Below, one piece after another: positions 8,475 through 15,863 of a stretch of DNA of 64,000 nucleotides (position 1 is the stretch's first letter; each line of letters opens with the position of its first letter). Source of the DNA: Chloroflexia bacterium (GTDB lineage Bacteria > Chloroflexota > Chloroflexia > DTKN01); the NCBI GenBank assembly GCA_034436115.1, contig DAOTVY010000020.1, forward strand, positions 604 to 64,603. Reading direction: 5' to 3'. Made by a program: the position numbers and the translations under genes. The notes beneath the pieces are model-generated. The model saw only the letters and a list, made by a program, of their open reading frames with translations, ran no database searches and was not told where the DNA came from.

Positions 8475-9610
8475 GGCTTTCCCTCCGTCGCACGCAAGCG
8501 CGCGGTCAACCCGAGGATCAGGCAGAAGGCCAGGCCAATCGCTACCGCGATCTGGCCATAGATGGTCGGGCCGCCGACCCGTAGCAGGCCGTTTTCCAGC
8601 CGCTGGTCCGGCACACCGGCGAGGGCAAAGTTGTGGGCAAAGCCGGCGCCCACGATCATCCCCAGAACAAAGACGGCCGCATCCCCATCTCCTTCTCCGG
8701 ACAGGAATAGCTGACGGCCAGGACAGCCGCCCGCCAGCGCAAAAGCGAGCCCGGCCAGCGCCATGCCCGCAAAGTTCCAGAAGTGGTTGCTGTGGGCGAC
8801 GGGCTGGTCAAGGAAGGACACACGGACGTAGGGCGTCCCGGTCGTCCAGGTGAGCACCAGGTTGGTGAGAAAGGCCGTCACCAGGAGCGCGATCACCCCT
8901 CCAAGAAGGTGGGTTTCGCCCATCAGGAAGAGGTCACGAAGCGCCCCCATGGTGCAAAAGCGGCTGCGCTGACCTAGGAAACCGACCACTAGCCCGACCA
9001 CGAGTGACACCACGAGCGCGGCGTGCGCGGCCCCCGGACCCTTGGTGCTGGCAAAGATCGGCAACCCTTCGCCGAAGACCGGGTGGAAGATGGCCAAGAG
9101 GAGCAGCCCGACCATCAAGCCCGGCATCAGCCATCCGATCACCGCGGGCTGGGGTGAAGCGCGGCCGAGCGCATAGCCCCCGCGCATGAGGAGGACCCCG
9201 ATCCCAACGCCCGTTGCCAGTCCTGCCAGGGCCAGAAGCGCGTTCAGGTCGCCCCCGGCCAGGCGAAGCAGGGCACGCCACGGGCACCCCAGGAAAACCA
9301 GGGCGCCGATCATAGCAAAGGCACCTAGAAGGAAGCGCGCAATCGGGGCCGAGCCGGCGCGTGGTCGGAACTCGCGAAAGAGCAGTGCGGCAATCGTAGA
9401 GCCGAGCACGAATCCGACGATCTCGGGCCGCAGGTACTGCGTGAGCGCGTTCCGGTGCAGTCCGAGCGCTCCGGCGATGTCCCGCTCGAAACAGGCCACG
9501 CACACCCCCATGTTTTTCGGATTGCCCCAATAGACGAGCAGCGCGGCCAGGATCCCGATGATCGCCCCGGCCACGATGGGGCCCCAGCGAGAGGCGAAGA
9601 AGCGCTTCAC
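8471..9610 (-). CDS. yedE: YedE/YeeE-family membrane protein (putative selenium transporter). Start set at the GTG preceded by AAGGAGG; the ORF track extends to 9739.
   Basis: Polytopic membrane protein with an AGGCPGRQLF segment; strong SD AAGGAGG 5 nt before the GTG at 9608-9610; lies in the Se operon. Confidence 0.7.
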   Translation of the reverse strand: MKRFFASRWGPIVAGAIIGILAALLVYWGNPKNMGVCVACFERDIAGALGLHRNALTQYLRPEIVGFVLGSTIAALLFREFRPRAGSAPIARFLLGAFAMIGALVFLGCPWRALLRLAGGDLNALLALAGLATGVGIGVLLMRGGYALGRASPQPAVIGWLMPGLMVGLLLLAIFHPVFGEGLPIFASTKGPGAAHAALVVSLVVGLVVGFLGQRSRFCTMGALRDLFLMGETHLLGGVIALLVTAFLTNLVLTWTTGTPYVRVSFLDQPVAHSNHFWNFAGMALAGLAFALAGGCPGRQLFLSGEGDGDAAVFVLGMIVGAGFAHNFALAGVPDQRLENGLLRVGGPTIYGQIAVAIGLAFCLILGLTARLRATEGKP

Positions 9611-9879
9611 AGCTACCTCCTTTTGTCCCGCAATCGATGCCCGAACAAGTCGATTCTTTCCCCGCTGCACCTCCTCTCTTCGCCCCCTGAGCGGCAAAAG
9701 GGCCACTGCCTCCCGACCCGGGACCGGGGTAGCCCACACGAAAGCCGGGGCGATCGAGCTTCGCTTGCAGGCTGCACCTCACCCGGTCGGGGGCGCAAGC
9801 AGACCCCGCTCCGCCCGGAGCCAACCGGCCCTTGGCGGAGAGGGTCATCGTTTCTCGTGAGGCCCGGTGCTGCGTCCGC

Positions 9880-11040
9880 TCATCCGCTTGTCCCGGAGGC
9901 CGCGAGCTCGGCAACTGCCTCAACCGCGGCCTCGATCTCTATACGCGTATGGAACGGCCCCAGGCTGAAGCGCACCGTGCCGGCCGGGAAGGTCCCCAGC
10001 GCCCGATGGGCGGCCGGCGCGCAATGCAGCCCGGGCCGGCACGCGATCCCGTAGCGTTCATCCAGCAGTTCCGCCACCTCCGAACACGGCCGGCCCACGA
10101 TGTTGAAGGAAACCACCGCCACCTGCTTTTCCGCCCGGCCGGTCCCATACACGACGACCCCCGGGATGCGCCCCAGGCCTTCCAACAGGAGCGCGGTCAA
10201 CGCCTCCTCGCGGGCGCGGATCTTCTCTACCCCCTCTTCCCGCAGGTAGCGGACCGCGGCCTGCAGTCCCGCCAAGCCGACGGCGTTCTGCGTCCCCGAT
10301 TCGAACCTGTCCGGAAGGAAATCCGGTTGCCTTTCCTCCTCCGAGCGGCTTCCCGTACCCCCGAACGTCAGGGGACGGAAACGGTCGAGCGGAACCCGCT
10401 CGCCAATGACCAGGCCCCCGGTGCCCGTGGGTCCCAGGAGCCCTTTGTGTCCAGCAAATGCCAGAAGATCGATCCCCAGCGCCTCTACCGCGATCGGGAT
10501 CGCTCCCGCTGTCTGAGCGGCGTCGACCAGTAGTAGCCGCCCTGCCTGCCGCACGATCTCGCCCACCTCGCCCACCGGCTGCAGGGTGCCGCAGACGTTG
10601 GACGCGTGGTTCAGGACGACCAGCACGGTCTCGGGGCGGATGGCGTCCGCAACTGCCGCTGGATCGAGTTCTCCCTGCGGGGATGCGGGCAAGACCGTGA
10701 GGCGTACACCGGTTGCTTCCAACGCACGCAGGGGGCGCATCACCGAGTTGTGTTGCATGGGCCCCACCACCACGTGATCTCCCGGGCGAAGCAACCCCTG
10801 CAACGCCAGGTTGAGGGCAAAGGTGGCACCAGGCGTGAGCACGACCCGCAAGGGGTCGCTTACGCCGAAGAGAGCCGCCAGCGCCTCGCGCGTCTGGTAG
10901 ACCACACGGCCGGCCTCTACAGACATCCGGTGTCCAGAACGGCCGGGGTTGGCACCGATATCTCTTAGGAAGGCGGCCATCGCTTCCAGTACCTGGGGCG
11001 GCTTGGGCCACGAAGTCGCGGCCTGATCCAGGTAGAGCAC
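9880..11040 (-). CDS. Class V aminotransferase-fold cysteine desulfurase / selenocysteine lyase (NifS/SufS/CsdA-like)
   Basis: 386 aa, aminotransferase class V features (MLYLDQAATSWPKP..., PLP Lys region ...AFAGHKGLLGPTGTGGL); first gene of the Se operon. Confidence 0.75.
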   Translation of the reverse strand: MLYLDQAATSWPKPPQVLEAMAAFLRDIGANPGRSGHRMSVEAGRVVYQTREALAALFGVSDPLRVVLTPGATFALNLALQGLLRPGDHVVVGPMQHNSVMRPLRALEATGVRLTVLPASPQGELDPAAVADAIRPETVLVVLNHASNVCGTLQPVGEVGEIVRQAGRLLLVDAAQTAGAIPIAVEALGIDLLAFAGHKGLLGPTGTGGLVIGERVPLDRFRPLTFGGTGSRSEEERQPDFLPDRFESGTQNAVGLAGLQAAVRYLREEGVEKIRAREEALTALLLEGLGRIPGVVVYGTGRAEKQVAVVSFNIVGRPCSEVAELLDERYGIACRPGLHCAPAAHRALGTFPAGTVRFSLGPFHTRIEIEAAVEAVAELAASGTSG

Positions 11041-11316
11041 CCGCTTCCTCCTTTCTCAACCATTTCACAAAAACAAGGCCGCCGGCAGGCTTCCTGCCGG
11101 CGGCCCGCTTCCGCGCATGGATGGCTCAGGGACCTGGGTCCCTCCCGGACTTGCGCACAGGAGGCCTGCACACCAAAAAGGCGGCTCCACTGGGGTGCCA
11201 CCCGGCACCCACGGGTCCGCCTCAAGTTCGCCGCTTCTCGCTATGCAGCCTGCGCATCGCGCTCTCCAACCTTGTTCGGTTTTACTTATTTTACGACCCG
11301 CAACGCGGGCTGTCAA
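11041..11316 (-). promoter_or_regulatory. Promoter (TTGACA-17-TAAAAT) plus ~230-nt structured leader ending in an intrinsic terminator directly before the csd SD. Candidate attenuator or riboswitch of unknown class for the Se operon.
   Basis: Minus strand: gtacTTGACAgcccgcgttgcgggtcgTAAAAT; then a leader containing a possible 11-codon uORF (AUG CGC AGG CUG CAU AGC GAG AAG CGG CGA ACU UGA) and the hairpin GGGUGCC-ggg-uGGCACCC; then the terminator GCCGCCGGCAGG-aagc-CUGCCGGCGGC + UUGUUUUUGUG only ~20 nt before AAGGAGG-GUG. Confidence 0.45.
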
Positions 11317-11347
11317 GTACCGCCGCGGCAGCCTCATTCCTGCACGC

Positions 11348-13072
11348 TCAGGCAGCTGCCCCAATGCCCTGGAGGAACTCTTCGGCGATCGCCTCAACCT
11401 CTGGCGCCCCGGGTTGCTGCATCGCCCTCTCCGCCAGACGCTGCGACTCGGGGATGGTCAGACGCCGAAGGAGCCCTTTGATTTCCGGGATTCGCTCCGG
11501 GGAAAGGCAGAACCCGTCGGCTCCCAGCCCCAGGAGGATCGCGGCCACCGCGGCATGGCCCGCGCTTTCCCCGCACACCTCCAACCGTTTGCCCACGCGG
11601 TGGACACCCCCGATCGCCTCCGCAACCAGCCGGAGCACCGTAGGATGAAGCGGCCGGAAGAGATGGGCGACACGGAGGTTATGGCGGTCGCAGGCGAGCA
11701 CGTACTCGGTCAGCCGGTCCATATCGAGGAAGAAGGCGTCGACCTCGTCCGCCATCGCGGCCAGGTTCAGAACCACCAGCGGAGTCTGGAGCAGAAGCCC
11801 GGTGCGGATATCTTGAGCGTGCGGCACGCCCGTCTTCTCCAGATCTTGACGCGCCCGTTTCAGCCATTCCAGCCCAGCACGCAGTTCGGCGAACGTCTCC
11901 ACCATGGGGAACACCACGAGCAACGGACGGCCCGCCGCGGCCCGCAGGATGGCCCGGAGCTGCTCCCGGAAGGCGGAAAGGTAAGCCAGAGAGAGCCGGA
12001 TCCCGCGCAATCCCAGCAGCGGATTGCGGATCTCAGGCTCCGCCGGGAAGGGAAGCGGTTCCTCCAGGCCCGCGGAAAGGGTACAGAAGCCCACCCGCCC
12101 CGGGGGAACCTGCTCCAGGAGTTCGCGATAGGCATCGACCTGCTCCTCCTCGCTCGGGGGCGTACGACGCCCACGGAAGAGGAAATCCGTGTGGGCCAGG
12201 CCGACTCCCTCGGCCCCGCGCGAGAAGGCGGCCAGCCATTCGTCGGGCCGATCCAACGCGGCACGCACATCCACTCGCCAGCCGTCGGCCGTTTGGGCGG
12301 GAAGGCTTGCGTCGTAACTGGGTTGCGCCGCACGTAGAACTTCCTGCCGCCTCTTGTAGCGAGCAAGGGTCTCGTCGTCCGGATGGACCTCCACGCTTCC
12401 CGTGCTCCCGTCAACGACCACCGTAGCCCCGTTCGGGATGGCTTCGAGGGCACTTTCGCCCAGGGCGATCACTGCCGGAAGCCCCAGGCGGCGGGCCACG
12501 GCGGCAACCGGGCTGGTCGGCACGCCTCGGGCGAGACACAACCCCAACGGCGGCTGAGCAGCCAGCTGCAGCGCCTCGGCAGGGCCCAGCATGGAGGCAA
12601 TCAGGATGGTGCCGCGGGCACCAGCGAACGGCATAGGCGAAGGCAACTGCAGCAAAGCTGCTAGCACCCGCTGCCCGACCTCCCGGAGGTCGGCGACCCG
12701 GGCTTCCAGATCTTCGTCCTGAATGGGGGTGAAGATGGAAAGATAGGCAGAGACCGCCTCCTGCCAGGCCGCTTCGGCACGCATACCGGTGCGAATGAGC
12801 GCGCGTGCGCGATCCACCAACCCCGGGTCCCCCAAGAGCAGGCTCTGTGCCTCTAGCAAGCGATCCGCCTCACGGCGCAGCACGCGATGCGCCGCGGCGT
12901 GAAGCGCCTCCACCTCTTGCCGCGCACGCTCCAGCGCGCTCTCGAGGCGCTCCAGTTCCTGCGCGATACGCCCTGGCTTTCCTGGGGGCACCGCCACTTC
13001 CGCCGGCCGATACCACAGGGCCGGCCCAATGGCGATCCCACGGGTAATCCCGGTCCCTCGTAGAACGGTCAT
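11348..13072 (-). CDS. PEP-utilising enzyme, PtsI (Enzyme I)-like paralog, apparently lacking the phospho-histidine (TSH to TSP)
   Basis: End-to-end similarity to Enzyme I (N-terminal LRGTGITRGIAIG, C-terminal AEGVGLAHTDFLFRGRRTPPSEEEQ, ...EVCGESAG...). The position aligned with the GGRTSH active site reads RGVPTSP. Start chosen at the internal M of MTVLRGTG. Confidence 0.6.
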   Translation of the reverse strand: MTVLRGTGITRGIAIGPALWYRPAEVAVPPGKPGRIAQELERLESALERARQEVEALHAAAHRVLRREADRLLEAQSLLLGDPGLVDRARALIRTGMRAEAAWQEAVSAYLSIFTPIQDEDLEARVADLREVGQRVLAALLQLPSPMPFAGARGTILIASMLGPAEALQLAAQPPLGLCLARGVPTSPVAAVARRLGLPAVIALGESALEAIPNGATVVVDGSTGSVEVHPDDETLARYKRRQEVLRAAQPSYDASLPAQTADGWRVDVRAALDRPDEWLAAFSRGAEGVGLAHTDFLFRGRRTPPSEEEQVDAYRELLEQVPPGRVGFCTLSAGLEEPLPFPAEPEIRNPLLGLRGIRLSLAYLSAFREQLRAILRAAAGRPLLVVFPMVETFAELRAGLEWLKRARQDLEKTGVPHAQDIRTGLLLQTPLVVLNLAAMADEVDAFFLDMDRLTEYVLACDRHNLRVAHLFRPLHPTVLRLVAEAIGGVHRVGKRLEVCGESAGHAAVAAILLGLGADGFCLSPERIPEIKGLLRRLTIPESQRLAERAMQQPGAPEVEAIAEEFLQGIGAAA

Positions 13073-13860
13073 CGGGACGCTCCTTCCTGCTCGGAGCGCG
13101 ACGCCTTGCACGCCGTCGCCAGGAGCATCGAACGAAGCGGCGGCACCACTTGGGCAATCGCCCAAAGTCCGAGCTTGGGAAAAGAACGGGCCAGGTGCCT
13201 TCGGGCGAGCCCCACTCCCTCCCGGGCCGCAACGTAGCGCAGCGTCACGTGATCAAATCCCGCTGTCCTCAAGAGCCAGCACACCTCCTCGGCCGTATAG
13301 AGCCGATGGTGCACCGTGTACCGACCCTCCCCCTCGAGGAGCATCCGGTGGCGAAACTCGGCTTCCGGTTCCAGACTCATCCAGCCGAGCAGCCGCGCGG
13401 CCAGCATCAGCCGGATACGCAGCGATCGCGCGTTCGGCGTACTGAGCACCAGAAGCCCTCCGGGAGCGAGCACCCGGTGGATTTCCCTTAGCGCAGGAAG
13501 GGGCGAGCCAGGCAGATGCTCCAGGACCTCCGAGAAAACGGCTGCGTCGAAGGTGTTGTCTTGGAAGGGGAGCGGATCGAACTCCAGGTTGCAGCGCCGC
13601 ACCTCTACTTCCAAGGCCTGCCAGAGGTCCGCGCGGTGCTCTGGGTCGAGGTCGATTCCATCGACGCGATAGCCGGCACGCACCAGCAGCTCCGTGAACT
13701 GCCCCGGGTTGCAGCCGATCTCCAGCACCCGGCTTCCCGTCGGCACCTGGAGCGCCTCCAGCAAGGCAACGTAACGGGTACGATGAAGGGCAAAATACTC
13801 CGGTTTGCGTTCTTGGGGAAGGAAGCGGCCGTAATCCTCCACCAGCCGGCGAGCATTCAT
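13069..13860 (-). CDS. Class I SAM-dependent methyltransferase
   Basis: Motif I VLEIGCNPGQFTELL; start taken at the internal M (MNARRLVEDY). Confidence 0.65.
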   Translation of the reverse strand: MNARRLVEDYGRFLPQERKPEYFALHRTRYVALLEALQVPTGSRVLEIGCNPGQFTELLVRAGYRVDGIDLDPEHRADLWQALEVEVRRCNLEFDPLPFQDNTFDAAVFSEVLEHLPGSPLPALREIHRVLAPGGLLVLSTPNARSLRIRLMLAARLLGWMSLEPEAEFRHRMLLEGEGRYTVHHRLYTAEEVCWLLRTAGFDHVTLRYVAAREGVGLARRHLARSFPKLGLWAIAQVVPPLRSMLLATACKASRSEQEGASR

Positions 13861-13862
13861 GC

Positions 13863-14516
13863 TCAACCTCCCGGCCGGACCGCGGCCGCAATCAGCCCGT
13901 TGCCCACGAGCGGTGGCCAAGGCAGGCCCACGGGCCAGCGCAGCGGAAGCCACAGGATCGGTTTTGCTCCCGCACGCAAGCGCACGTTCCCAAAGCCCGC
14001 CCGAAGCAGGGCCTGTCTCAGCTCCCACGGGCTATAGAGGTGGACGTGGCTGGGGTCCGCCCGGCCAGACCACCGCTGTCCCTGAAAGAACCGCCTGAAG
14101 TCCCAGCGGTTCACGGTGCTCAGGAGGAGATGCCCTCCTGGACGCAGCACGCGTCGACACTCCACAAGGAGGCCCCTGCTGTCGGACAAGTGCTCGATGA
14201 CATCCCCGAGCACCACCAGGTCAAAGGACGCTTCGGCAAACGGCAGGCCGGCCTGAAGGTCGGCCTGCACCAGCGCAGCTCCAGGAACCTGCCGGGACGC
14301 GCGCTGTAGCGCCACAGGCGAGCGGTCCAAGCCCACCACCCAGTGGCCACCTGCGGCAAAGAAACGCAGCCCCGGGCCGGCGCCGCAGCCGGCATCCAGC
14401 ACACGCAGCGGGCGATCGAGCTTCAGGCGGGCAAGCCGCAACAGCCGCCCATATTCCCAGGCGATCTTGCGCTCCGACTTTTGCTCCTGGGAGGCAAAGT
14501 AGGACGCCTCATCCAT
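13863..14516 (-). CDS. Class I SAM-dependent methyltransferase
   Basis: Motif I VLDAGCGAGPGLRFF; start chosen at MDEASYF, since the ORF is over-extended upstream. Confidence 0.6.
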   Translation of the reverse strand: MDEASYFASQEQKSERKIAWEYGRLLRLARLKLDRPLRVLDAGCGAGPGLRFFAAGGHWVVGLDRSPVALQRASRQVPGAALVQADLQAGLPFAEASFDLVVLGDVIEHLSDSRGLLVECRRVLRPGGHLLLSTVNRWDFRRFFQGQRWSGRADPSHVHLYSPWELRQALLRAGFGNVRLRAGAKPILWLPLRWPVGLPWPPLVGNGLIAAAVRPGG

Positions 14517-15750
14517 CGCGGCTTCCTCCCTCTTTGCGCACCCAGGCAATCGCTTCCTCATACGCCGCAACCACCTGACGGATGAGGCGTTCGCCATCAT
14601 ACCGTTCTCGCAAGGCGCGCTCGCCGCCCTCAACCAGGCGAGCTCGCAGCACCGGGTCGCCGAGCACACGCAGCAGGGCCGCTGCCAGTGCCTGGGGATC
14701 GTCTCGCGGCACCAGCAGGCCGTTCTCCCCGTCGCGCAAGATCTCGTGGATCACCGGTACATCGCTGGCCACGATGGGGGCGCCACAGGCCATCGCCTCC
14801 AACAGGGGAAGCCCGAATCCCTCGTAGCGCGACGGGAGGACGTAGACATCGCAGGCCCGCAGCAGGGCAACCTTTTCTTCTTCGGAGACCTGCCCCAGGA
14901 AATGGAGCGCTCCTCGTACACCGAGCGCCAACGCCCGCTGCTCGATTTCGGGCCAGCCGGTCGGGTTATGGCTGACGATCGCAAACGAGGCTGCGGGGTA
15001 GCGCCGAAGCACTCCCGGGATCGCCTCGAGCAGGACATCGGCCCCTTTGCGCCGGGTCAGCTGGCCAATGAAAAGGATCAAGGGCCGTGAGAAAAGCTGC
15101 TCCGGGGGACGCGCGGGCAAGGCTCGGATCTCCTCGGCCTCGATCCAGAGCGGGACAACCCGAATACGCTCCTGGGGCATCCCCAAGCGCGTTAGCTCGC
15201 GGGCTTCGTGCTCCGAACAGGCCAGGAAGAGATCGGCTTGCGCCAGGGGCCAGTGAAGGGCAAAGTTCCGCAGATTGTCCCGCAGGCCCTGGCCCTGCCA
15301 AAGCTGGCGCAGGAGTTTCCTGAGGGAGAAGATCGGGCGGTCATAGTGGGGAGGGGCCTCCAGCGGCGATTCGCGATCGTCCACCAGGTAGGGGTCGTGG
15401 AAAGGCCCGAGCCAGGTAAAGACCCGGGGGACATGCCATTGCCGCAGCAGGCGCGTGGCGGGAAAGGCGAGCACGTTGCGCGGGTGCATGAGATGGGCCA
15501 CATCCGGCATGAGGTTGCGCGCCATCTCCTTGCGCAGGGACCTCGCCGGCCAGAAACGCGGCGAAACCCGGCGCACCTGAATCCCCCCGATCTCTTCGCT
15601 ACGCTCTTTCAGGTGTGGAGACCGGGGATCGTGGTAGCCGTAAGCCACCACCGAATGGCCCAAACGAACCAGGCGCTCGCCGAGGACCCGCTCCGGCCAC
15701 TGGCGAAACGTGCGCGTGACCCCGCCGATCCCAAAGATCGCGACCTGCAT
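14509..15750 (-). CDS. GT4-family (GT-B) glycosyltransferase
   Basis: C-terminal EGFGLPLLEAMACGAPIVASDV motif typical of GT4/GT1 retaining glycosyltransferases. Confidence 0.75.
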   Translation of the reverse strand: MQVAIFGIGGVTRTFRQWPERVLGERLVRLGHSVVAYGYHDPRSPHLKERSEEIGGIQVRRVSPRFWPARSLRKEMARNLMPDVAHLMHPRNVLAFPATRLLRQWHVPRVFTWLGPFHDPYLVDDRESPLEAPPHYDRPIFSLRKLLRQLWQGQGLRDNLRNFALHWPLAQADLFLACSEHEARELTRLGMPQERIRVVPLWIEAEEIRALPARPPEQLFSRPLILFIGQLTRRKGADVLLEAIPGVLRRYPAASFAIVSHNPTGWPEIEQRALALGVRGALHFLGQVSEEEKVALLRACDVYVLPSRYEGFGLPLLEAMACGAPIVASDVPVIHEILRDGENGLLVPRDDPQALAAALLRVLGDPVLRARLVEGGERALRERYDGERLIRQVVAAYEEAIAWVRKEGGSRDG

Positions 15751-15863
15751 ACCACCCCCAAGGATTCCGGATGCATTCTATCACAGGAGAAGGTGGTTGC
15801 CAACCGCTGTGGACGTGGTATAATAAACTCGCAGGGCGCTCGGTGGCCCTCCGAGGTAATCCA

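Noticed and set aside
9613-9798. 61-aa minus-strand ORF in the csd-yedE spacer
   Set aside because: Arg/Pro-rich, no SD, lies inside the GC-rich structured leader of yedE; likely non-coding.
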